In this document: positions 1 through 10,825 of the stretch, piece after piece
How the letters are laid out: each line of letters opens with the position of its first letter
Position numbering within the stretch: position 1 is the stretch's first letter
NCBI GenBank assembly: GCA_002269645.1
Contig: NIVC01003754.1
Coordinates: 14,804-78,803, forward strand
Direction of reading: 5' to 3'
Source of the DNA: Macrostomum lignano
Taxonomy: Eukaryota
DNA: 64,000 nt
The notes under the pieces: model-generated
The model's input: the letters and a program-made list of their open reading frames with translations, nothing else
The model's database searches: none
What the model was told of the DNA's origin: nothing
Program-made: the position numbers and the translations under genes

Positions 1-379
1 ATGGTAAAAAAAGTAACTTATTTTATTTGAAACTTAAAAGCTAATAGTGAGAAATTCATAATTAAATACGCATAGGAAGGTTGTTTCAGTACCACTAGCA
101 GGCGCAGCAGAAAGTTGCGAAATATTGGGACAGAAGTGAATCAAAGCGATCGATGCTCACGCGCAAGAAATAAAGTTTCACACTATTTTAATTCATTATT
201 TTAAAGTTTATTTGTAAGAAGTTGTTAATTACATGTACGTCTGTATGATCATCGTCATAAATAAAGAGATTATATTTAGGCATATAGGTGAGCTCAAATA
301 CGTTCGTAATGTTTAAACTTCTTGTAAGACTTCTATTTTTCGTTCCTTCTTTGCGTCTTTGGTCACTGACATAGACACT

Positions 380-550
380 ACCATTAACGATGAATTTATC
401 GTTAATTCACAAAATTTTTAACGCAAATTCGTTAATCCGTTAGTTCAAAAAAATCTTAACGACAGTCCGTTAACGTTAATGAAAAATCTTAACGCTTATT
501 AACGCTTATTAACGGATTAACGCTTATTAACGGACTGGTGCCCAACACTG
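380..550. mobile_element. Right end of a hAT-like MITE (left end not found in window)
   Basis: Ends in CCCAACACTG (CAGTGTTGGG on the other strand), preceded by many TTAACG subterminal motifs. TSD cannot be checked. Confidence 0.45.
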
Positions 551-3329
551 CAATTTGGCATACCCAGAATGGCTAACTTATGTAAGTACTCTTGTAAAGG
601 TTTTAGCTATCTTGGTTATATTCATCCTTTAAAATAGTCAAATATAAAAGGCAAAAACAAAAAAGCTTAATAAAAAAGGATATATTAGGGCCAATTTAGA
701 CATAGAAATTGGTAAAAAGCAAAAGAATATAAGTAAAATAAAAATTATAAAAAATAGAAATAAAAAATAAAAAACTATACTTTATAGTGGAATTAAAAAG
801 TTTTTTTGTCTTTTGCAGACCTGCTATATGACACATTTTATCAAGTTACTATCATAATTTCACTTTGTACATTATCCCTTGTTTAATGTTAACTAACAAT
901 TAAATTTGAAAATTTAAAACATAATAGCAAAATGGTTATTCTTTATAGTCAAAGCATAAGATGCTATCTAGGCTAGGCCAAGGATTTTTATTTTTAATTT
1001 TATCTATAAAAATAGCAAAGCTATTATTTTTATGTTCCCTATACATGGAAAGCAAAATGGGTATTTTTATGGTTATGCTCCATGGGGAAAAATCATTTAA
1101 ATTAATAGTTAATAACTAGGCCTACCTAAAGCCAGCTAAGGTGGTGATAAGAACTACTAGAAGAACTTACTATCATATCAATGTATTATAATATTAATAA
1201 CAGAAGTATCATGTTCTTATTGCTAAAATAAGATCAATCTCTTGTTGAATATTTAATAAACTAGGGTCTACCTCTCTCATATAAGTCTAGAATTTATCAA
1301 CACTATCTTGAATAGGTCTCAGTGACTCTATTCAAATTATTCTCCATTCTCCACCCTTATTATTCATGTCCTAGTGATTGGTTGTAATTTAAACTATATA
1401 TTTAGGTTGAAGCTACCAAAAAATGAAGCTCAATTTTGAAATCATCACTATCAAAAACTACTATTGAGAGAAAACTATGACCTTATCAAAACTGCAACTA
1501 ATTTATCAACATTAACTTGAAGAAGTCCCATTGGCCACATTTTTTTACTTTTTTAAAAATTTAACCACATTAATTATTTACACTACAAGTTTGTTACTTC
1601 ATTTAGATAGTATTTGTTTATTTTATTGTTTATTATTTGTCTATTTTATTATTAGGAAAGTAATATTTTACACTAAGTTAAATTCTTATCAAAATAATAT
1701 AAATGTTGCAGAGGTGTTTCTTCTTATTCTTTAGATTTCAATCCTTACCATTAAGCGACCAAAGTTGTCATAGGGCTTATTTCTGTCCTCCAACTATCCC
1801 ATTAATTGCCACCAAGTTGTTACAGGTTTTTAATTTCCCTCTATTAAATTTCTATTGCTGACACTAAATTTTGCCTTAATTTTTCTAAATGTTTCTTAGA
1901 ATCTCATATATTTCTGAGTAGCATTCTTGTAGTGTTCTGGTAGCATTCCTAATATATGCTCTAGTAGCATTCTTAGTATATGGCCTGAGTGGTCTTACTG
2001 GTATATGTACTTTCTCTCTCCATTCTGGGCATTACCAAGATTAGAGGGTCACAGCAATTACTCTTAGTACTCTCTTTGCATAAATTCCCAATTCTAACTT
2101 TCAATACTTTCAATAAAATAAGCAATGATCTAAGAATGGTTTATCTAACACATTTTGACATTATAGCCAGCAAACAAGTTTTTCTTCCATCTTTTCGGCT
2201 TTCTCCTATTATAACTAGTCAATTGTGTATATTTAAAACAAATTCTTACAACTTAAGAATATTTCGCATATTATAACAAAAGAGTATTAATTTTTGTGCT
2301 AGTTTGAAAACCACAATTCCTAGAAATAAGATACCGCTACTACATAAATATGTATTTTTTTGTCTTTATAAATTGAGGTACATAGTATGTTAATTTGTTT
2401 TAATAAAGTAACTTTAGTTTTACTGATCAAATTACTTTTGTTTTAATGGAATATTTCTTTACTTAGTTATAGTGCTAGCCAATAGAGAGACATCTTAACA
2501 CTATAAATCAAAGCAAAAAAACAAAAAACTTTCTATAACTTTAGGTTAATCATTTTTGTAACCTTTTTGGTAACTTTGAAATTAAATTTTCTTTGGTCTT
2601 ACTGTTTTAGTTATATGAAGCAAGATAGCAAAGAGGTCTAAAGTAGTGTTTGTAGAACAAGGCAGATTTGCATAGCAAATCTGTTTAGATAGACCAAGGA
2701 CATATTGCCAAATGAAATAGGTGTTATTGAATAAGCATTCTGCACATACATGCGCAACTTCTGAAATTACGCTGGCCGTGCGACTTAGTTTTCGATAAAA
2801 AATGCGACTTACCTATGAAAGAGCCAAGCAAAAACTTTAGGTAAACGGCAGGAGTAACTATGACCATATTTTTAAAGCTAAATGCCTCGCCAGCTAATTA
2901 GTGCTGCGTGCAGATTCGGCGTTTTTATAACAGCTAATCAGTATGTCATCTAGTGGCGGCATGAAGCAATTGGTAAATTGTCAGTACAGTGTAGTGAGCA
3001 TACTACAAAAGTCATGATTCATGAATGTCCAGAAGTAAGTGAAGTGAATACAGTGTGACCTATAGCTCAAGAACGATTTGCTAGACGATTTGGCATGGAA
3101 GATGAGAGCCCTGATTCAGATGGCTCATCAGATGCAGAATACGAATCCAGTAGAGATACAAGCTGTGAAAACCCACAGATTTTTAAACCACTGAATTCTA
3201 ATTCCCGGAACTATTTTTGCATAGATTCTAAATTTGAAGTCATGCTCAAACAAAAACTTGTTAACAGTTAGGAAAAAGGCAAAGATGGGAGTAATGCATG
3301 TTAAACTAAGATTTGAGGCCTTTGCAAAT

Positions 3330-4015
3330 TCTCTCCATTCCTCAATCTTCTCATCCTCTTTTTCTTTTCTCTCTCATCCCTTATCCCTTCTCTCTTTCCT
3401 CTCCTCTCTCCTCTCTTTCCTCTCCTCTCCTATCTCTTCTGTCTCCTCTCTACATTCTTATCTCTCCTCTTGTCTCTCTCCATTCCACTCTACTCTCTCA
3501 TCTTATCTTCCCTCTCGTCTCTCTCCACTCTACTCTCTCATCTTATCTCTCCTCTCTTTTCTACTCTCTCATCTCTCCTCTCTTTACTCTCCTCTCATCT
3601 CCTCTTTATCCTCTCTTCTCTCATCTACTCTCTCCTCTTTCCTCTTTCCTCTCTTCTGATCTTATCCATCATCTTTTCTTTCCTCTTTTCTCTCATCTCC
3701 TCTTCTCTCTCATCTCTTTTTCCTCCCTCAGCTTTTCTCTCCTCTTCTATCTTTTCTCCCATCGCATCGCTCGCCTCTCCTCTGTTTGCTTATCTCTAAT
3801 CTTCTATTCCCTCTACTTTGAAGTAAGAAAATATGCACATATTTTTGCTGAAGATAAGAGGAGAGAAGAGGGCATTGAGGAGAAAGGGTAGAGAGAAAGG
3901 GGGAGAAGAGAGGAGAGTAAAAATGAGAGGAGAGAGAAGAGGGAAAAGGGGGAGAGAGAGAAGAGGGGAGGCAAGGTAGAGAAGAAGAGAGAGATGAGAG
4001 TTGAAGAGACACCAA
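3330..4015. repeat. CT-rich then GA-rich low-complexity tract
   Basis: Polypyrimidine run ~3330-3810 followed by polypurine run ~3855-4015. It explains the S/L/F-rich ORFs in the track. Confidence 0.9.
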
Positions 4016-4064
4016 CCTTGCTACTCGTAGTTAGGAAGTTTCAAAGAACCCGAGGGGCGAGGGC

Positions 4065-4105
4065 CAGATAGAGGGGCTTCGCGAGCCGGAGTTTGCCAAC
4101 CCCTG
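4065..4105. mobile_element. Solo hAT/Charlie-like MITE end
   Basis: GAGTTTGCCAACCCCTG is CAGGGGTTGGCAAACTC on the minus strand. A degenerate relative follows the GA tract at ~27690. No partner end or TSD found. Confidence 0.4.
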
Positions 4106-4249
4106 CTCCAGAGTTTAAGAAATGACGCGGGCTTCTGATTTCAAAGATCTTGTCTGTGGTTGAAGGCTTCTATTCTGTTTTTGCTCTCCTGCCACACTTG
4201 CACCTACTACCCCCTGATTGCCTCTGATTGTGACTTACTTCCCTCTTAT

Positions 4250-5075
4250 TGCGACTTAGTTGCTTCTTTTTGCGACTTACCTAATCCTTTTTGCGACTTA
4301 CTTAATCCTTTTTGCGACTTACCTAATCCTTTTGCGACTTACCTAACCCTTTTGCGACTTACCTAATCCTTTTTGCGACTTACTTAATCCTTTTTGCGAC
4401 TTACTTAATCCTTTTTGCGACTTACCTAACCCTTTGCGACTTACCTAACCCTTTGTGACTTACCTAATCCTTTTTGCGACTTACCTAATCCTTTTTGCGA
4501 CTTACTTAATCCTTTTTGCGACTTACCTAATCCTTTTGCGACTTACCTAACCCTTTTGCGACTTACCTAACCCTTTGCGACTTACCTAACCCTTTGTGAC
4601 TTACCTAATCCTTTTTGCGACTTACCTAATCCTTTTTGCGACTTACTTAATCCTTTTTGCGACTTACTTAATCCTTTTGCGACTTACCTAACCCTTTGTG
4701 ACTTACCTAATCCTTTTTGCGACTTACTTAATCCTTTTTGCGACTTACCTAATCCTTTTTGCGACTTACCTAATCCTTTTTGCGACTTACCTAATCCTTT
4801 TTGCGACTTACCTAATCCTTTTTGCGACTTACCTAACCCTTTGTGACTTAGCTAATCCTTTTTGCGACTTACCTAACCCTTTGTGACTTACCTAATCCTT
4901 TTTGCGACTTACCTAATCCTTTTTGCGACTTACTTAATCCTTTTTGCGACTTACCTAATCCTTTTTGGGACTTACCTAATCCTTTTTGCGACTTACCTAA
5001 CCCTTTTGCGACTTACCTGATTCCTGTTGCGACTTACCTGATCCTTTTTGCGACTTACCTGAATATTTTTACAAC
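4250..5075. repeat. 21-bp tandem repeat (GCGACTTACCTAATCCTTTTT), ~40 copies
   Basis: Directly visible. It gives the 7-aa-period ORF (ATYLILF)n at 4698-4886. Confidence 0.95.
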
Positions 5076-5974
5076 TTAGTTTGCTTCTTTTGCGAATTGT
5101 TTTTCTTTTGCTTCATTATTTTCCCTGAACTGCTCTTTCTTTCGCTTTCCTCTTGCCTTTCTTGGTTCTTGTGTTTTTCTGTTCTTGGTTGACTCAATTT
5201 TGCGACTTACTTCTAGTCAGCCACGATTTACGGTGGCCGGATCGGCCAGGTCGGCCAGCAGTTGCGCATGTATGATTCTGCAAAGCAAAAAAGATGGATT
5301 GCCTAGTAAAAAAGGGGACTTCCTTAGAAGTAGACATTAAGTTATTGTATCCAAAATAGTGTGATAAAATATTAAAATAGGATAGACAATACTAAAAAGC
5401 CAGAAATATCTTAGTTATTGGTAATGCCATGTTGGACTATATAATTTAGGTGATTAATAGTCAGCAGTGTCTTGCTGCTTGGGTATTAAAGCTACTAGGA
5501 TGGGTGCTGACCAATTCAGCGACAAACAAATTTGGCAAAAGCAAATTCATTGACAATCTAATCAAATTTGGCGACAATGAAGGAAAAACAATTGTGTATA
5601 GTTTTATTAATTCTTATTGTTATATGTATTGGTCTAATTCATATTAGCTTCCCTTTTTTAATAAGTTTGTATGATACATTATTTATCCTGTGCTTTTCAA
5701 ATATTCAAATATCCAAATATGCTTTCCAAGAAAATTTGTTCATTCTCAAGCTTGAAGATATGCAATGTCCAATTTATTTCAAAGGTCATATTGGCTTTAG
5801 TATAAAAATCACTACAACTCCTTCGCAACAAGAAACAAATTCTAAAATGTGAAAAAAGCACAAAGTGACCTTAATTTTGTTCAGCTTCACAAGGTTACAA
5901 TAGAAGGTTCAGGAAAAGGTTGCGGTAAAATTGTAAACTTTAAAAGGTAAAATTGTGGCTGTCATTAAATCACA

Positions 5975-7404
5975 TGGGGGCATTTAGCTGACTATAGGCT
6001 TCAAGCAAAGCTTGGTCTGTTCTTGTGCCTGCCTTGTGTTTGTCCCAGATTTTGTTGTAAATGGACTGTCAATGGCGGACAGATGTGCGCTACTCGCGCC
6101 AAAGGGCACCCTGTGACACAAGCTGCACATCAAGAGCTGCCAAGCTGGCTTCTTCGTGCAAGAGGCATATGAGCAAGTAAAACGAAATGTCATTTTGTTG
6201 GGCTTTGTGGTTCAGCCTTTGGTGCCAACCCTCCAAATCATTGTTTGTTTGTATAGAGTGGCGATAGGCTGAGAGGCAGTTGGAGGTACAGATAGAAGAT
6301 GAAATCCATGTGGCCTATAGTATAAGGCATGAGAGAATATGAGAGATGACTCAGCTGATGAGCAGAAATCTGGTTCAGTGAGACTAGCTGAGTAAATTAT
6401 AAAAGTACAATAGCTACATGTACCTGGACATACTCCACAAGTGCAGCTAACTGAGGCTCTTCATGCTGGCTGATTTGCGCTCAAAGCGTGTAAAAGGTTC
6501 ATTTGATGATTTCAGCTGGTAAAAATGGCAAGGCCATTAGCTGGCGACAAACATCTTGCACCTTGTCATTATCAATGTAAGCTCGCTGGAGGCCAAGCTG
6601 CTGGACGTGTCGCCACACAGCTTATGTAAAATGAAAGAGGCAGCCACGCAGCTAGACACCAAGGAAGACGGAATGAATTGCACTCCATGCTGCTATTTCA
6701 AAGTCGAGAAGAAATTCCCCAGGCCTGCAAAATTGGTTCATATGCAAGTGGCAAGATGTTATTTAATTATTTTAATTATTTAATTATTTTACTTAATTAT
6801 TCGAAAAACAAAGACTTGCCTTGCATGTGGAATGATTGCACACTGCTTGAAATAGATCTATGTAGTCCCTATGGCTCTTTCCTTCCCGTCATCAGTGCAA
6901 ATAGAAGTGGGACCTGCTTCATTGCTCCATTGTTACCAGAAATGAAAGCGTGAATGCTAAATAGTTGCATGAATGGTTGTCAAACAACTTTAAAGGTCTC
7001 TTCGACAAACCACCTGGGAGACTCTGCAAGAAGTGACAACTGTGCTTCTGTGGCTTGACAGCTGCAGCACCCTGTAGCTTGATAGCAATATCTGGTGGCT
7101 CAACAGCTATAGCACCCTATAGCTATAGCTTGATAGTGATGTCTAGTGGCTGCTTGACGGCAGCTTGCAGGTTGACTACATACTTAAACTATGGGTCATA
7201 GACTTGACAGCGCCAGTTGAAAGATGTCTGCCCTCTTAGATACTGATAATTGCGAGCAGTTATATAATGTTCTCCTTTTAAACAGATGCGATGCACCCAT
7301 AGGCAACATATGTCACATTGTAGGCCATGCTGCCTATTCCGAACTGCTTGTTTGCACAAGGGACATACATGTACATGTAGTGCGGCCATTTTTGCTTGAT
7401 GCAT
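5975..7404 (-). pseudogene. Decayed Mutator (MULE) transposase with N-terminal PHD finger
   Basis: Minus-strand translation gives a PHD-like C/H pattern (CPLC...CDIC...H..C...WRC, last Cys lost). MULE motifs follow: RWFVEETFKVV*QPFMQLFSIHAF...QVPLLFALM, LLDFEIAAW...GCLFHF...VWRHVQQLGL...LMALPFLP, and TNNDLEGWHQRLN. Several stops and frameshifts; first catalytic Asp replaced. Confidence 0.85.
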
Positions 7405-7458
7405 CCACTGTATAGCTATTTATGGCCACTCTTTATAACGCCCATTTAGTGGCTGGGG

Positions 7459-7540
7459 CATACATGTGCAACTGCTGGCCAACCTGGCCGATCTGGCCAC
7501 CATAAATTGTGGTGGACCAGGGGTAAATTGCAAAAATGCC
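7459..7540. mobile_element. Solo end of the 2745-5274 hAT family (CpG-decayed)
   Basis: Matches the reverse complement of 5221-5274 over 54 nt with 5 differences, all at CpG. Confidence 0.8.
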
Positions 7541-8249
7541 TAGCCTAAAAAATACAGACATAGGACTAATTAGATGACGAGGCATTTAGCCCTTATAAGA
7601 CAATCATAGTTACTCCTGCCGTTTACCTAAAATTGCATTAGGGTTTATTTCACAGGTAAGTCTATACAGTCTATACAGGTTATTGCACATGTATGGGCTG
7701 GGGTCTTAAGGAACCTCTGCCACAGAAATAGAAATAATGTACACACATAGCAGTAGTATTAATAAATCACTCAATCTAATCCACCACCAGAGGATTCTTG
7801 GCTGCATCTTAGCATATAGCGCACCCAGCATTTCTGGCAATTATTTTACAGTATATACCAACTTCACTATACAAGTGCATTGTATAGAATTTTTGGGGTG
7901 GATAAATTGATTGCTCATTAGGGCAGAGGGTATACAATTGTACATTGAGGGACTATTGAATTAGATTGTCCCCAAATTTGTTTGTTGCCAAATTGGTGTG
8001 CATCCATTAGGATAACTTATACTGAGGATAGGCCTAGCTTATACATATATAGTAAGAGATTATTAATATATAGATAGAGCTATAAATAATCAGATTTATT
8101 TAGATAGGAACTAGCAATCTTTGCCCCCCATTAGGGGACATCTGTATAGAATCTTTGTTCTCTACAAGTAACAAAAAGATAGCCAAATAAAGCCTTCACA
8201 AAGAAAACAGGCAAAATATTCTAATGAAGTGCAATGCAAAAAGAAATCA

Positions 8250-8475
8250 TCCCAAGACAGCAAGCATCCCCCAGATAGCAAGCATCCCCCAGATTGCAAG
8301 CATCCCCCCGATAGCAAGCAACCCTAGATAGCAAGCATCCCCCAGATAGCAAGCATCCCCAAAATAGCAAGCATCGCCCAGATAGCAAGCATCCCCCAGA
8401 TAGCAAGCATCCTCCAGATAGCAAGCATCCTCCAGATAGATAGCATCCCCAAATAGCAAGCATCCACCAGACAAT
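8250..8475. repeat. 18-bp tandem repeat (AGATAGCAAGCATCCCCC), ~12 copies
   Basis: Directly visible. It gives 6-aa-period ORFs (GDACYL)n. Confidence 0.9.
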
Positions 8476-8584
8476 AAGTAGCTAGTGCGACAATTGCCTT
8501 AGCATTATAATGGCTCCTTAAAAATTTGCTTACTTTTACGTTTAAAACTGTGTATCTTTTAACAATGTGGCTCTTTAATGTTTT

Positions 8585-9245
8585 ACATGGTGGCTCTTTT
8601 ATGATCGACATGGTGGCTCTTTTATGTTGACATGGTGGCTCTTTATGTTCTACATGGTAACTCTTTTATGTTTGATATGGTGGCTTTTCAATGTTTGACA
8701 TGGTGGCTCCTAAATGTTTGACATGATGGCTCTTTTATGTTTGACATGGTGGCTCTTTAATATTCTACATGGTGGCTCTTTTATGTTCAACATGGTGGCT
8801 CTTCTATGTTTGACATGGTGGCTCTTTATTGTTTGACATGGTGGCTCTTTAATATTCAAAATGGTGGCTCTTGAATGTTTAACATAGTGGCTTTTTAATG
8901 TTTTTCATGTTTGCTCTTTAATATTCTACATGGTGGCTCTTTTATGTTCGAAATGGTGGCTCTTTTATGTTCTACATGGCAACTCTTTTATGTTTTATAC
9001 AGTGGCTTTTTAATGTCTGACATGGAGGCTCTTTTATGTTTGACATGGTGGCTCTTTAATGTTCGACATGGTGGCTCTTTAATGTTCAAAATGGTGGCTC
9101 TTTTATGTTCGACGTGGTGGCTCTTCTATGTTTGACATAGTGGCTCTTTCATCTTTGACATGGAATCACGTATATGTTTGACATGGTGGCTCTTTTATGT
9201 TTGACATGGTAACTCTTTAACGTTCGACATGGTGGCTCTTCTATG
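8585..9245. repeat. ~23-bp tandem repeat (CATGGTGGCTCTTTTATGTTTGA), ~28 copies
   Basis: Directly visible. It occupies the same position in the element as the 23-bp satellite of the 53-64 kb copies. Confidence 0.9.
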
Positions 9246-9312
9246 TTTGATATTGTGCTTTTTTATGTTTAGCATTTTGTGTTTTTAAGGTGTTTTAATA
9301 AAAAAATCTTTT

Positions 9313-9383
9313 TGCACTGCTAAGATTCGAACCCAGGTTGCTGCATTAGCATTCCAGTCTATTTGCATCTGGGCTATCTCTTT
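9313..9383 (-). ncRNA. tRNA-derived (SINE-head-like) segment, not a functional tRNA
   Basis: Minus strand: TAGCCCAGATG (A-box-like), then CTGGAATGCTAATGCAG, then CTGGG-TTCGAAT-CTTAG (B-box/T-arm), followed by T7. No acceptor stem. Confidence 0.55.
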
Positions 9384-10649
9384 TAAATTGGAGAACATGA
9401 ACTGTGGCCCTTATAATTCAATTCTTACAGCAAGTCAATTGGAGTAAAAAGTTATGACATAATCAATTTCTCAGTCAGCCAGTATCAGTCTCAATTTAAG
9501 TTAGCAATATGGTTACACAATTTTAATCAAGTCTTGTGTGCTTTTCTATGGCACTGTTTTCAACTTGTTGTGATGCAATCTTTATCATAATTGAAATTCA
9601 GTCAGTCAGGTTTTTCTCTAGCATTCTTACAATGCATTTCAAGTTGAAAATTTTGCTTGACCTTTGCAAAAAAGCAGGTTTTTTGAATATTTAATCCCTT
9701 TAAAATTGAGCAATTTCTTAGCCAAGATGCATGTACTGTCCCAGAAAAATTTCTGATCAAATGGTGCAAGTTTGAAGAAAATCAGTTAAGCCATTTTTCT
9801 GAAATCTATCTCACACATATAGACAACTATATGGGAAAAGCATAAAGCTAGGCCCCTGGCCCTAGTTATAACTGGGTAATAAATTGGTAGGATTTTGATT
9901 AAGCAAAATTTCTCTAAAACAATCTATAGTTTAGATTCTCTAAATTTATTAGATTTATTTATTAATATTTATTAATATATACTAGGTTTAATACTAGAAA
10001 AAATGATGACACCTTGTTTGTAATATGTAATTTGTATGCCAATATTTATAAAAAGTCATTGACACAATGCAATGTTTCTACTATGTATATTATATATGCC
10101 AGGATATAAGCTAGGCCTAATATATGCCAAAAATGACAAGTAGACCTACCTTGTTATATGCCAGGAAATTCAGGTCTACATGTTGCCTTCCAAATTATAG
10201 AGAACAACTTGATAGCAATGGGATACAATAAAGTAACTAATAGCAAATAGTACTAGGCATAAGTTCTAAAACAACTTACTTAGTGACAATTGTAAGAATT
10301 TATTAGGCCTAGGATACAGCTAGAACCCTAATTACAACTTAGTATTAAGAGTAGGATCTTTTTGTGTAGGACTATAGTAGGCCTATTATTACTTACAATA
10401 ACTAGGTTTTGTAATTGATAAATAGAATTTTTATTAGGTAGAAGTTATCCTCTAGCCTAGAACAACTTGGTGGCATTAGTGGGATGGGATAGAGTAGCTA
10501 AAAACAGAGAACCCAACAATATGTTGACCATAAAAATAACTATCTAGCTATTTATACAGTCACTAGGGCCTAAGGCCTATATAGCATAACAATAAGAATA
10601 GCTAAGGCCTAACAACTACCAAAAACCTAATATATAAAGTTTCATTGAT

Positions 10650-10825
10650 ATGGCAGCCGTGTCTCTAATAATGACTAGGTCCATACTTAGACACGGCTGC
10701 GTGTTTATAAGTATTTGCATTATAGACATGGCCGCCATGTCTATAAGGTATGGACCTAGTCACTATTAGAGACACGGCTGCCATGTCTATAAGTTTCTGC
10801 ATTATAGACATGGTCGCCATGTCTC
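10650..10825. repeat. Nested inverted repeats
   Basis: 37-bp arms at 10650-10686 and 10748-10784 (36/37 match). Internal 12-bp palindrome TTATAGACATGG-CCG-CCATGTCTATAA, with a second degenerate copy after the right arm. Confidence 0.8.

Larger units (their letters stand above)
2745..5274. mobile_element. Non-autonomous hAT-type TIR element, 2.5 kb
   Basis: 15-bp TIRs CATACATGCGCAACT / AGTTGCGCATGTATG. Perfect 8-bp TSD ATTCTGCA at 2737-2744 and 5275-5282. No transposase ORF seen. Confidence 0.85.
8111..9830 (-). mobile_element. Non-autonomous Helitron-like element, diverged relative of 53107-58355 (5' end approximate)
   Basis: On the minus strand a GC hairpin (GTCCCC-TAATG-GGGGGC) lies ~8 nt before CTAG (8111-8114), followed by T. 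Region ~9290-9800 aligns by eye to ~57765-58300. Confidence 0.7.

Noticed and set aside
3234-4015. Long S/L/F-rich ORFs
   Set aside because: Translations of a CT/GA low-complexity tract, open in several frames on both strands.
4698-9135. Periodic ORFs (ATYLILF)n, (GDACYL)n and similar
   Set aside because: Direct translations of the 21-, 18- and 23-bp tandem repeats.
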